Shown: positions 29,507 to 39,155 of the stretch, in pieces
How the letters are laid out: each line of letters opens with the position of its first letter
Numbering within the stretch: the stretch's first letter is position 1
Source of the DNA: Candidatus Latescibacterota bacterium
GTDB taxonomy: Bacteria > Latescibacterota > UBA2968 > GCA-2709665
Assembly: GCA_965219455.1 (NCBI GenBank)
Contig: OZ244744.1
Coordinates: 4,352,001 to 4,416,000, forward strand
Reading direction: 5' to 3'
Length of the DNA: 64,000 nt
Notes under the pieces: model-generated
What the model saw: only the letters and a program-made list of their open reading frames with translations
What the model was told of the DNA's origin: nothing
The model's database searches: none
Position numbers and translations under genes: made by a program

Positions 29507-31066
29507 TCAGTGTGCCGGATGCCCGTTGTCGTAGAGTTGAGTGAAGAATTCCAGAGCCGCCCGGAACGAGACCACCTTGACGGCCCGTCCGGCGGGATCG
29601 ACAACCGGGATATGCCGGTAGCCGTGCAGGTCCATCAGATGCAGCGCGTATCCGATCGGGTCCGCCAATTTCATAGTTATGGGATTGGGTGTCATTACAT
29701 CTTCGACGGGCGTGGAAGCCAGGTCAATGTCGTTACCGACGACCTTCATGAAGAAGTCGCCTTCGGCCAGGATGCCTTGAAGGGTGACGCCGTCTTCGGA
29801 AACCAGCAGGCAGCCGGCGTCTTTTTCCTCCATAAGGGCCATGGCCTCCAGCATTGAAGCCCCCGGTGCGATAAATACCGGCATGTGGAGCTTTATGGTC
29901 GAAATCGGATTGATAACGAGATGCTGGAATTCGGACTTTGGCGCCAGCGGATCCTCGTCGCCGATTCCCGGTATGATTTCGGGGATATCCGTCGAGATTT
30001 CCTCCTCGACGACGTCCCGTTCTGCAGGTACGCTATCCTCTTCCGATACAATCCATGTATCCGCGGCCTGATAGAGTGTGGACAAATCGGCGTCCCCAAG
30101 CTGTTCGACGGCCTCTCGCCCCTGGGCGAGAATCTGATCTTCGTAAACGGGTCGTTCCACGCATCGGAGAACGCCCAACGGCACCGGAAAATTGGGAAAT
30201 TCCATGCGGCTCAACATGTAAGCCAGCGCGGGCGGATCCGCGGTTTCGTCGTGTACCAGGAGAGCGTTTTCGGATGTGCCGTTGCCAAGCTTCACGACTT
30301 CCGGACCCAGACCGTTCAACCGGATGCCTTTGTCGTGTTCCTTGCCGAATATCATCGGCTGACCGTGTTCGACAATTAACGTATTGTCGTCTTTCACGTC
30401 CGCTTCGGTGATGTGAAACCATGCGCCATCGTTGTAAATATTGCAGTTCTGATAGATTTCAACAAACGAGGTGCCCTTGTGCGCGGCCGCCCGGCGGAGC
30501 ATTTCGGCAAGGTGCTTGGTATTCCTGTCTACCGAACGCGCGACGAAGGTGGCCTCAGCGCCAATGGCTACGGAGATGGGATTGAAGGACTGTTCGATGG
30601 AGCCCATGGGCGACGAGTAGGTCTTGTGTCCAGGCAACGACGTGGGGGAGTACTGCCCCTTGGTGAGCCCATAGATGCGATTGTTGAAGAGGATAATGTT
30701 TACGTTCACGTTTCTGCGCAAAATATGCAGCAGATGGTTGCCGCCGATGGAGAGCCCATCCCCGTCACCGGTGATGACCCACACATGCAGGTCCGGGTTG
30801 GCTACCTTCAGGCCCGAGGCGAGGGTTGGCGCACGTCCGTGGATCGAGTGCACGCCATAGGTGTTCATATAATACGGAAAACGGCTGGAACAACCAATTC
30901 CGGAGATAAAGACGATCTGTTCCCGGGGAATGCCGAGTTCGGGAAGTACCCTCTGCATCTGTGCCAGAATGGCGTAATCCCCACAGCCGGGACACCAGCG
31001 GACTTCCTGGTCCGAAACGAAGTCCTTACGGGTTAGTTGTTGGAATTCCGATGTGGCTAGTGCCAT
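29507..31066 (-). CDS. korB: 2-oxoacid:ferredoxin oxidoreductase beta subunit fused to a C-terminal CBS pair
   Basis: WCPGCGD, SGIGCS, IHGRA, GDGD, YGLTKGQ; acidic linker followed by CBS motifs (GCLLV...GIL, VEDVMTPNP, YRHIPVVD). Confidence 0.88.
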   Translation of the reverse strand: MALATSEFQQLTRKDFVSDQEVRWCPGCGDYAILAQMQRVLPELGIPREQIVFISGIGCSSRFPYYMNTYGVHSIHGRAPTLASGLKVANPDLHVWVITGDGDGLSIGGNHLLHILRRNVNVNIILFNNRIYGLTKGQYSPTSLPGHKTYSSPMGSIEQSFNPISVAIGAEATFVARSVDRNTKHLAEMLRRAAAHKGTSFVEIYQNCNIYNDGAWFHITEADVKDDNTLIVEHGQPMIFGKEHDKGIRLNGLGPEVVKLGNGTSENALLVHDETADPPALAYMLSRMEFPNFPVPLGVLRCVERPVYEDQILAQGREAVEQLGDADLSTLYQAADTWIVSEEDSVPAERDVVEEEISTDIPEIIPGIGDEDPLAPKSEFQHLVINPISTIKLHMPVFIAPGASMLEAMALMEEKDAGCLLVSEDGVTLQGILAEGDFFMKVVGNDIDLASTPVEDVMTPNPITMKLADPIGYALHLMDLHGYRHIPVVDPAGRAVKVVSFRAALEFFTQLYDNGHPAH

Positions 31067-31090
31067 GGAAAATTCTCCAGATTCGGGCTG

Positions 31091-32965
31091 CTAGTCCAGC
31101 AACCCGTTGATTTTGTTCAGAATTTCAGAAATTTTGAATGGTTGACCCTGAACTTTAGGATAGCTGATGACACGCAGAGGGTACCTGGCATTGAGCAACA
31201 TTGATAGCTGCCCACCGTTTATTTCGGGAACCAGAATCTTGCGATAGCGCAGAAGCAGGTTGCCCAGGTTAGCCGGAAACGGGTTCAGATATCGCACGTG
31301 GGCGTGGGCAACGGACCGGCCGTTGGAAACCGCCCTGCGAACCGCGGTCCTGATGGCGCCGTACGTGCTGCCCCAACCGATAACAAGCAGGTCGCCTGTG
31401 AGAGGGCCGTATACATCCTGCCTCGGAATCCGATTGGCGATACGCGCGACCTTTTCGGCGCGGATCTTCACCATGTTTTCATGGTCTTTCGGATCGTATG
31501 AGACGTTTCCGGTGCCGTCCTGTTTACCCAGCCCGCCGATGCGGTGTTCGAGGCCGGGTGTGCCGGGAAGCGCCCAGGGGCGCGACAGTGTCTCTGGATT
31601 CCTCATATAGGGCTCGAAATGTTCAGGATCCGTCCTGTGTTTTACCACGATGGGTTCAATTTCCCCGGGGTCGGGTATTTTCCAGGGTTCGGAACTGCTG
31701 TTCAGATAGCCGTCGGAAAGGAAGAAGACGGGCGACATGCTTTCCACGGCGATACGAAAGGCTTCGATGCCCAGGTAGAAGCAGTCGGAGGACGTGGCCG
31801 GCGCGACAATGGGGACCGGGCTTTCGCCGTTGCGGCCGAACATACATTGGAGCAGGTCGGACTGTTCCGTTTTCGTGGGAAGCCCCGTGCTGGGCCCGCC
31901 CCGTTGAAAGTTGGCGATCACCAGGGGCAATTCCAGGACCAGGGCCAGGTTGATGGCCTCGCTCTTGAGTGCGACGCCGGGTCCGCTGGTGCCGGTTGCG
32001 GCAAAGGCACCCCCGAATGCGGCGCCGATGGCGGAACCGATGGCAGCAATTTCGTCTTCGGCCTGAAAGGTGCGCACGTCGAAGTTTTTCAAGGCGGCCA
32101 GCGCTTCGAGCAGGGCGCTGGCGGGGGTGATGGGGTAGCTGCCGTAAAAGAGGGTCTGGCCGGCCTTGTGGGCCGCGGTGACGAAACCCATTGCGGTGGC
32201 CTGGGCGCCGGTAACGGTCCGATACGTGCCGGGTTCGACCACGGCCTTGGGTACCTTGTATCGGAACTGGAACTGTTCGGTCGTTTCACCGTAGTTGTAT
32301 CCGGCCTTCAAGGTCGTTACGTTGCCCTCGACGACATTGGGACGGCTGGCGAATTTCTCTTCCAGCATGCGGACCGTCGGTTCCAGCGGACGGTCGAAGA
32401 TCCAATAGGCAAGGCCGAGTGCGAAGCAGTTTTTCATCATATTGATCTGCCGGTTGGACAGGCCTTCAATGTCGGCTACGGCCCTCTTGTGCAGGGCTGT
32501 CAAAGGCACCTTGCATACGCGATAGTCGTTCAGCGATTCGTCTTCCAGCGGGTCGTTCTGGTAGCCGGCCTTGCGCAGGTTGTTTCGTGTAAAGCTATTC
32601 GTATTGGTGATGACCACTCCCCCGCGCGGCAGATCCGGGAGGTTGGCCTTCAATGCGGCCGGATTCATGGCAACAAGCACCTGCGGCTCGTCTCCGGGAG
32701 TGAAAATGTCTTCGCTGGAAATGCGAACCTGGAACCCGCTGATTCCCGGCAACGTGCCTGCGGGAGCGCGGATTTCGGCGGGGAAGTCCGGCATGGTGCT
32801 GATGTCGTTGCCCACGATGGCGGATGTGTTTGCAAATTCCCCGCCAATAAACTGGCTGCCATCGCCCGAGTCGCCGGCAAATCGGACCGCAATGGACTCG
32901 ACCTCGGTCAATTCGTCCAGTAAATCACCCTCTGCGTCAATTTCTTCGACGGCTGTTTCGGCCAT
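31091..32965 (-). CDS. korA: 2-oxoacid:acceptor oxidoreductase alpha subunit
   Basis: FAGDSGDG, PAEIRAP.GT, YPITPAS, QAEDEIA, QRGGPSTGLPTK. Confidence 0.92.
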   Translation of the reverse strand: MAETAVEEIDAEGDLLDELTEVESIAVRFAGDSGDGSQFIGGEFANTSAIVGNDISTMPDFPAEIRAPAGTLPGISGFQVRISSEDIFTPGDEPQVLVAMNPAALKANLPDLPRGGVVITNTNSFTRNNLRKAGYQNDPLEDESLNDYRVCKVPLTALHKRAVADIEGLSNRQINMMKNCFALGLAYWIFDRPLEPTVRMLEEKFASRPNVVEGNVTTLKAGYNYGETTEQFQFRYKVPKAVVEPGTYRTVTGAQATAMGFVTAAHKAGQTLFYGSYPITPASALLEALAALKNFDVRTFQAEDEIAAIGSAIGAAFGGAFAATGTSGPGVALKSEAINLALVLELPLVIANFQRGGPSTGLPTKTEQSDLLQCMFGRNGESPVPIVAPATSSDCFYLGIEAFRIAVESMSPVFFLSDGYLNSSSEPWKIPDPGEIEPIVVKHRTDPEHFEPYMRNPETLSRPWALPGTPGLEHRIGGLGKQDGTGNVSYDPKDHENMVKIRAEKVARIANRIPRQDVYGPLTGDLLVIGWGSTYGAIRTAVRRAVSNGRSVAHAHVRYLNPFPANLGNLLLRYRKILVPEINGGQLSMLLNARYPLRVISYPKVQGQPFKISEILNKINGLLD

Positions 32966-33021
32966 CTGGATTAACCTCCCGGTTTTTTATGCTGCAGCTC
33001 TGGAGAAAAAGTATTTACCGG

Positions 33022-33489
33022 TTAAGCGCCGGCACGGGCTTTGGCAAACACGTCCGGCACGGGCGGCTGGTTGTAAATTTCCTGCGGAAAATAGTCGCAG
33101 ATGTATTTGATAATCGCATAATAGGTCAATGTACCCAGGACCTTGCCCTTCTCATTGGTAACCGGCATGTATCGGTACCGGTTCGAGGCGATCACCCTGG
33201 TGGCATCCAGGATGTTCGTGTCCGCGTCGATGGTTTCAGGGTTGGGCGTCATCAGGTTTTCGATCGGCGCATCGCTGCTCTGCGGGTCACGTGCCACCTT
33301 TTTCATGATATCGCGCTCGGTGAAGATGCCGACCAGCCGGCCGTGGTCCATCACCAGGGCGCATTTCCGATGACTGGCCTTCATCTTTTCGAGTACATCT
33401 CCGGCTCGCGTGCCTTTTTCGGTCTCGACGTAATACGAAAGGTCGACCTGGGTTATCAGAGCGGTTCGAATATCCACTTTCAGTTCCAT
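33022..33489 (-). CDS. CBS-domain protein
   Basis: LVGIFTERDI, LMTPNP, YRYMPV; GGAG RBS. Confidence 0.88.
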   Translation of the reverse strand: MELKVDIRTALITQVDLSYYVETEKGTRAGDVLEKMKASHRKCALVMDHGRLVGIFTERDIMKKVARDPQSSDAPIENLMTPNPETIDADTNILDATRVIASNRYRYMPVTNEKGKVLGTLTYYAIIKYICDYFPQEIYNQPPVPDVFAKARAGA

Positions 33490-33850
33490 CTGGCTCCTCC
33501 GGAATCGATGCCCTCGACCATGCCCCGCGCAGGCGACCACCGCCCGGTACGGCGCGATACGGATTTCCCGCTGGGCCGCAGGCTGGGTATCCCGCGCTCA
33601 ACAATAAGCCGGGCTTATCCGGTCTTAATATATGGTATTCAGGTTGTTATGGCAAGACGAATCCATTAGTTATTTTTGTTTAAGCTGCCCTCATACTGTA
33701 TTTTGGTTTATAGTGACATTCGGGATATACATCCATAAGCCGATCTGAATTTCCAGGTAAGAATGGGTTGAATAAACGCCACCTCCGCTTGTCGAATCCT
33801 GACCAGGAACTATTTGATCTCAGGAGATTTAACGTCTATATTGCAGCAGG

Positions 33851-33888
33851 GCTTCCAGGATCAGACGTTGCTTCCAGGATCAGACGTT
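33851..33888. repeat. perfect 19-bp tandem duplication GCTTCCAGGATCAGACGTT x2
   Basis: Read directly from the sequence. Confidence 0.9.
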
Positions 33889-34005
33889 GTCGATTCATGG
33901 GACAATGAATCGACCGCTTCGCGGAATCCTGTCTCACCGAGACCGTGCACCATTGCCTACCGATCACCGATCTTTCGCCATTCGGCGCGGCCAGGGAACC
34001 TCGAT

Positions 34006-35478
34006 ATGCGAGTTGGCATTCTCTCTTTGATCCACGAGTCCAATACGTTCATCTGTACGCCCACCACACTGGCGATGTTCAGGTCAGGTCGGATCCTGAT
34101 CGGAGACGAGGTGGCGGTGGCATTCAAGGATGGGCTGAACGAGGTCAGCGGTTTCCTGGAGGGTCTGGACGAGTCGGGTATCGAAGCCGTACCGCTCTTT
34201 TACGCCAGCACCGAGCCGTCCGGCCGGATTACGAACGAGACGTGCGACGCGCTCATGGGGATGATGTTTGAACAGGTCGAACACGCCGGGAAACTGGACG
34301 GCTGGCTCGTGGCGCCCCACGGAGCAAACGTGGGTGCGGGAGACGATTATTGGGACCTGGATGGATACTGGCTGTCCCGCCTGCGTCGCCTGGTAGGAGC
34401 AGAGACGCCCATAATCTGTACGATCGATCCGCACGCGAATCTGTCGGAGAGAATGGTTGCGGCCTGTGATGCGACCATCGCCTATCGCAGCAACCCGCAT
34501 CTGGATCAGAAGAAGGTGGGTCTGCAGGCGTCGCGGTTGATGGCGCGGACGCTTCGAGGCGAAGTAAAGCCCACGCAGGCCGCCGTGTTTCCCCCAATTG
34601 CGATCAATATTGAACGGCAATTGACGGGAGCGCCACCGTGCAGGGAAATGTACGAGCTGGCCGATGACCTCCTGAACCGGCCGGGCATGTTGTCGAATAG
34701 CATTGTGCTTGGATTCCCCTACGCGGACGTGCCGGAGATGGGTACTGCGATGATTGCGGTGACGGATGGAGATCCGGGCCTCGCGCAAGCCGTTGCCGGA
34801 GAACTCGCGGACCATCTCCACACCTTTCGCAAAGACTTCAGGGGTGAGTTTGTCGGCATCAGCGAAGCCGTCGACGCGGCGCTCGCCACGGAAGGCCCGG
34901 TCTGCCTGCTGGACATGGGAGACAATGCGGGTGGCGGGTCCGCCGCGGATGGGACGATGCTTGCTCACGAATTGCATCGGCGAGGGAACGCGAGGGCATT
35001 CGTGTGTCTGTACGACAGCGAGTCCGTATCGAAGGCGGCTGCGGCGGGGGTGGGCAACAGGGTGACGCTCCGGATGGGTGGAAAGACGGATGAATTGCAT
35101 GGGCCGCCGCTCGAGGCTCCTGTAACGGTTCGCGGCCTTTATGACGGCCGGTTTCGGGAGTCCGAGATTCGCCACGGCGGGCGGACGGCGTTCGACATGG
35201 GTCAGACGGCCGTGGTGGACACGGATACGGGTCTGACATTCAGCCTCACGTCCCGGCGGGTCGTACCGGTGAGTCTGGGTCTGATGACGAGTTGCGATCT
35301 GCGTCCGGACGCGTTCGACGTTATCGTCGCCAAGGGGGTGCATGCGCCCGTGGCGGCGTACGCGCCGGTGTGCAAGCGCCTGATACGCGTGGATACGCCC
35401 GGCGCAACGGCGGCGGATATGCGAAAATTCGAATTCAGCCATCGCAGGCGGCCCCTGTATCCGTTCGAAGAGATTTAG
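34006..35478 (+). CDS. M81 family metallopeptidase (MlrC-like)
   Basis: HESNTF, HGA, DPHAN, YRSNPHLD, DNAGGG motifs. Confidence 0.9.
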   Translation: MRVGILSLIHESNTFICTPTTLAMFRSGRILIGDEVAVAFKDGLNEVSGFLEGLDESGIEAVPLFYASTEPSGRITNETCDALMGMMFEQVEHAGKLDGWLVAPHGANVGAGDDYWDLDGYWLSRLRRLVGAETPIICTIDPHANLSERMVAACDATIAYRSNPHLDQKKVGLQASRLMARTLRGEVKPTQAAVFPPIAINIERQLTGAPPCREMYELADDLLNRPGMLSNSIVLGFPYADVPEMGTAMIAVTDGDPGLAQAVAGELADHLHTFRKDFRGEFVGISEAVDAALATEGPVCLLDMGDNAGGGSAADGTMLAHELHRRGNARAFVCLYDSESVSKAAAAGVGNRVTLRMGGKTDELHGPPLEAPVTVRGLYDGRFRESEIRHGGRTAFDMGQTAVVDTDTGLTFSLTSRRVVPVSLGLMTSCDLRPDAFDVIVAKGVHAPVAAYAPVCKRLIRVDTPGATAADMRKFEFSHRRRPLYPFEEI

Positions 35479-35692
35479 TCAACTTGCGTCAAATCGACAT
35501 GGTGACGATTTGGTGTCGTACGTCTCAATCCAGCCGAAGCATGGACATTGCTTGCGTCGAGCCGGTCGACACGGCTTGCCGGAGCGCGTTCATTGAGCAT
35601 GTCGAAATGCCCGCGCGTCGGCAAACCCCGTATCGCAAAGCTGTATCCGAGATCGGTATTTGTCGAATAACTTCACGAAAGGAGGATGGTCC

Positions 35693-36466
35693 GTGTCCTT
35701 TCTATTCGAAGAGATGACCCGGGAGGAGATTCGGGAGGTTGCGCCCTCGGCCACGGCGATCCTGCCCACGGCGGCCATTGAGCAGCACGGACCTCACCTG
35801 CCTGTATGTACGGATACCGTTCTTTGCGGGACGGTTGCGCGCGAGGCCGCGGCGCGTGCAAACGAACATGCACCGGTTGTGGTGGCCCCCACGCTGCAAT
35901 TCGGCAACTCCCATCATCACTATCCGTTTCCGGGGGTCCTGTCTTTCAAGACGACCACGTTCGTCGAAGCCGTGAAGGACGTTCTGGAGGGCCTCGTGCG
36001 AAGCGGATTCAAACGGCTCGTGGTCTTGAACGGCCACGGGGGGAATTCGAACCCGAACGGACTCGTGGGGCAGGACTTCGTGAATCGCCTGGGCAATCCG
36101 GCCGCCGTGGCTACCGGCGATTACTGGAATATTGCCCGCGAGGCGCTCACCGATGTCATGCCGTCCAAGCTCATCCCGGGCCATGCAGGGCGATTCGAGG
36201 CGGCGATGATGATGGCGGTTCGGCCTGACCTGGTGAACAGGGAGGCGCTGGCCGAGATGAGCGGACAGGTGCACGACGATGCCGGCCTGGACGTGGGCCT
36301 CTCGGGCGCCGTGGTCCAGGTTCACGGTGAATGGCAGTCGGGTGTGGGCTACACGGACAACCCGGCGGAGGCGACCGAAGAGGAGGGGCGTGCGATGCTG
36401 GAGATTATCGTACGCGGGGTGTCCGACTTCTTCGTTGCGTTCCATCGGAGCGGACATCCCAAATGA
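35693..36466 (+). CDS. creatininase family amidohydrolase
   Basis: EQHGPHLP..TD, G.SHHH..FPG, NGHGGN, HAG.FE; AAAGGAGG RBS. Confidence 0.9.
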   Translation: MSFLFEEMTREEIREVAPSATAILPTAAIEQHGPHLPVCTDTVLCGTVAREAAARANEHAPVVVAPTLQFGNSHHHYPFPGVLSFKTTTFVEAVKDVLEGLVRSGFKRLVVLNGHGGNSNPNGLVGQDFVNRLGNPAAVATGDYWNIAREALTDVMPSKLIPGHAGRFEAAMMMAVRPDLVNREALAEMSGQVHDDAGLDVGLSGAVVQVHGEWQSGVGYTDNPAEATEEEGRAMLEIIVRGVSDFFVAFHRSGHPK

Positions 36467-36490
36467 TCGCGCACGAAAATAAAAAATTTC

Positions 36491-36520
36491 AAAGGCGCCC
36501 TGTACCTCGGGGCGCCTTTT
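36491..36520. terminator. bidirectional terminator closing the WD40 array
   Basis: AAAGGCGCCC-TGTACCTCG-GGGCGCCTTTT between convergent genes. Confidence 0.8.
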
Positions 36521-36573
36521 CCGTGACTGTGCAGACTTCTACCGAGGCATTCCTCGGCGCCTGTCCCGGCGGC

Positions 36574-38622
36574 TCATCCACCCTGGCCGAAGCTGCGTGC
36601 GAAGATCACGTAATCGTTGAACCCGACGGTGCCGTCGCTGTCCAGATCGAAGCGCGCGTCAAATCCGGCGTCGTCCTGGCTCTGACCGAACTGCGACGCA
36701 AACTGCAAGAAGTCGGGGAAACCCACAGTGCCGTCCCCGTCAAAGTCGCCAGCAAGGGTTTGAGGTGCGACATACGGCGAAACATTCCACAGTAGAATCG
36801 TGCCGTCGTAACTGCAGCTTGCCAGGATCTGCCCATCCGGCGAGAACGCCAACGAAAGGATTATCCACGTATGTCCTGTAAGAACACCTATTTCCTGCCA
36901 GGTGTCCACGTCCCAAAGCAGCATTTTGTTGTCGTGACTGGCGCTTACCAGCGTTCTCCCATCAGGTGAGAACGCCACCGACTCGACACTCCGCTCATGT
37001 CCTGTGAGGGTGTGTTTTTCCCGCCCTGTGGCCACGTCCCACAACCGCACCGTATTGTCACGACCTGCGCTGGCCACTGTCATCCCATCCGGCGAAAACA
37101 CCACGGAAGTGACCCAGGACGTATGTCCTGTGAGGGTGCTTTGTTCCTGCCCCGTGGCCACGTCCCACAACCGCACCGTATCATCATCACTGCCGCTTGC
37201 CAGGGTGGTCCCATCCGGCGAAAACGCCACCGACCTCACCCCATCGGTATGTTCTGTGAGGATGTGCTTTTCCTGCCCTGTGGCCACGTCCCACAACCGC
37301 ACCGTATTGTCACGACCTGCGCTGGCCACTGTCATCCCATCCGGCGAAAACGCCACCGAGGTGACCCCACGTGTGTGGCCTGTGAGAGTGCTTTTTCCCT
37401 CCCCCGTCGCCACGTCCCACAACCGCACATCAGTGCCGCCGCTTGCCAGCATCGTCCCATCGGGCGAAAACGCCACCGACCTGAGCCTGCCGACGTCCCC
37501 TCCGAGTGTGCTTTTTTTCTGCCAGGTGGTCACGTCCCACAGTCGTATCGTACCGTCGTTATTGGCGCCTGCCACCGTGGTCCCATCCGGCGAAAACGCC
37601 ACCGACCAGACAAAAGGCGTGTGTCCCGTGATAGTGCCTTTTTCCTGCCCCGTTGCGACGTCCCACACCCGCACCGTGTTATCACCACTGCCGCTTGCCA
37701 GGGTCATCCCATCCGGCGAAAACGCCACCGAGTTGACCCCACGTGTGTGGCCTGTGAGGATGCCTTTCTTCTGTCGGGTGGCCATATCCCACAACCACAC
37801 CGTACGGTCTGTACTGCCGCTTGCCAGCGTGGTCCCGTCGGGCGAAAACACCACCGAACGGACCCAATGGGGATGTCCTGTGAGGGTGTGTCTTACCTGC
37901 CCTGTGGCCACGTCCCACAACCGCACCGTACTGTCATTGCTGGCGCTTGCCAATGTCGTCCCATCCGGCGAAAACGCCACCGAATTGACAAACCACCTAT
38001 GTCCCGTCAGGGTGTGTTTTGCCTGCCCTGTGGCCACGTCCCACAGCCGCGCCGTACTGTCTTCACTGGCGCTTGCCAATGTCGTCCCATCCGGCGAGAA
38101 CACCACCGACCTGAGCCTCCGGGTATGCCCGCTCAGAGTGCTTTTCTCCTGCCCTGTGGCCACGTCCCACAACCGCACCTCGTTCGAATAACCGACGCTT
38201 GCCACCGTCGTTCCATCCGGTGAAAACGCCACCGACGTGACTGAGCCAGAATGCGCTTTGGTAGAGCTTTTCTCTTGTCCGGTGGCCGCGTCCCACAACC
38301 GCATGGTACCATCGTGACCGGCGCTGGCCAGCATCGACCCATCCGTCGAATACACCACATGATTGACTCTTCTCGTATGGCCTGTGAGCAGCGAAATTTC
38401 ATCACCTGTCTGGGCATCGTAGAGCCAGATGCCGGCGGTGCCCCCCACGGCCAGGCGCGTGCCGTCCGGCGACCAGGTGACGTCGCGCACGTCTCCTTTG
38501 CCCAGCCGCACGAGCGCTCCATCGGGCAAACTCCAGCGATTGTAGTCCTGTGCGCGGATGTTCTGTGCATATAGAGCAGCTGTCAAAATTAGAGTGACGC
38601 TCAAAATCGTTGACCTATTCAT
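36574..38622 (-). CDS. W1: secreted WD40-repeat protein with dockerin-like double EF-hand tail
   Basis: Signal peptide, LP.GA..RLGKG cap, about 14 [14 protein letters not shown]...D..VRLWD repeats, DFDGDG/DLDSDG tail. Confidence 0.93.
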   Translation of the reverse strand: MNRSTILSVTLILTAALYAQNIRAQDYNRWSLPDGALVRLGKGDVRDVTWSPDGTRLAVGGTAGIWLYDAQTGDEISLLTGHTRRVNHVVYSTDGSMLASAGHDGTMRLWDAATGQEKSSTKAHSGSVTSVAFSPDGTTVASVGYSNEVRLWDVATGQEKSTLSGHTRRLRSVVFSPDGTTLASASEDSTARLWDVATGQAKHTLTGHRWFVNSVAFSPDGTTLASASNDSTVRLWDVATGQVRHTLTGHPHWVRSVVFSPDGTTLASGSTDRTVWLWDMATRQKKGILTGHTRGVNSVAFSPDGMTLASGSGDNTVRVWDVATGQEKGTITGHTPFVWSVAFSPDGTTVAGANNDGTIRLWDVTTWQKKSTLGGDVGRLRSVAFSPDGTMLASGGTDVRLWDVATGEGKSTLTGHTRGVTSVAFSPDGMTVASAGRDNTVRLWDVATGQEKHILTEHTDGVRSVAFSPDGTTLASGSDDDTVRLWDVATGQEQSTLTGHTSWVTSVVFSPDGMTVASAGRDNTVRLWDVATGREKHTLTGHERSVESVAFSPDGRTLVSASHDNKMLLWDVDTWQEIGVLTGHTWIILSLAFSPDGQILASCSYDGTILLWNVSPYVAPQTLAGDFDGDGTVGFPDFLQFASQFGQSQDDAGFDARFDLDSDGTVGFNDYVIFARSFGQGG

Positions 38623-39155
38623 CTGTACCCCCCTGACTAAGATTGACCGTGATTAACTATGATTACGATGATGGACTGTGATTAGACGACATGTAGACAC
38701 TGTGATTGATGTGGTCTTTGTGATGACCTGGAGCGAGGGATCGAGATTTATAGAGAGCTGGTGAACATTGCTCGATTACGCATGCCGCGCAACGTGGAAT
38801 TTCGGCACTTGCTCCGAGACGTAGTCTCTCACGTAGGGGTACTGCGGTCAGACGTTTAACAATGTGGATTCCAAAAACACCCCCTTTCAGAACGCGATCA
38901 GATCCGTGGCCGGCATTAACCACTTGTACAGGCGATCATCGCGTTAAAGTAGACGTACGACGGCCAGACATTTATCGGCGTGGTTTCCAGTTATCACCTC
39001 CTTTCCGAACGCGGCCAAGTTGGGTGATCGATGGAGTGTCAAAGCAGAGGTCGGTCAGAGTTTTTACTCTCATACCAGGAACCCGACCAAAGGGGGCGGG
39101 TTCCTGGCCCTAATGCAGACCTGGCGCGACCTGTTTCTGACAGGGCGGGTTCGCC
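38623..39155 (-). repeat. long array spacer (also 41247-41783, 43860-44393, 55151-55687): post-stop hairpin, tetraloop hairpin, two SD-containing units, TGATT array
   Basis: Four alignable spacers of 533-537 bp; about 41431-41760 and 44041-44370 are nearly identical. Confidence 0.85.

Noticed and set aside
992-35442. Long alternative-frame ORFs (e.g. 992-2524, 4488-5840, 13703-15133, 31544-32923, 34084-35442)
   Set aside because: They overlap well-supported genes on the opposite strand and show no recognisable motifs, as expected in high-GC DNA.
38848-38850. In-frame TGA in a spacer mini-ORF as selenocysteine, given selABC nearby
   Set aside because: Equivalent second-unit copies have TGG/TCA/TTG rather than Cys at this position and also carry unrelated stops; it is best read as a substitution.
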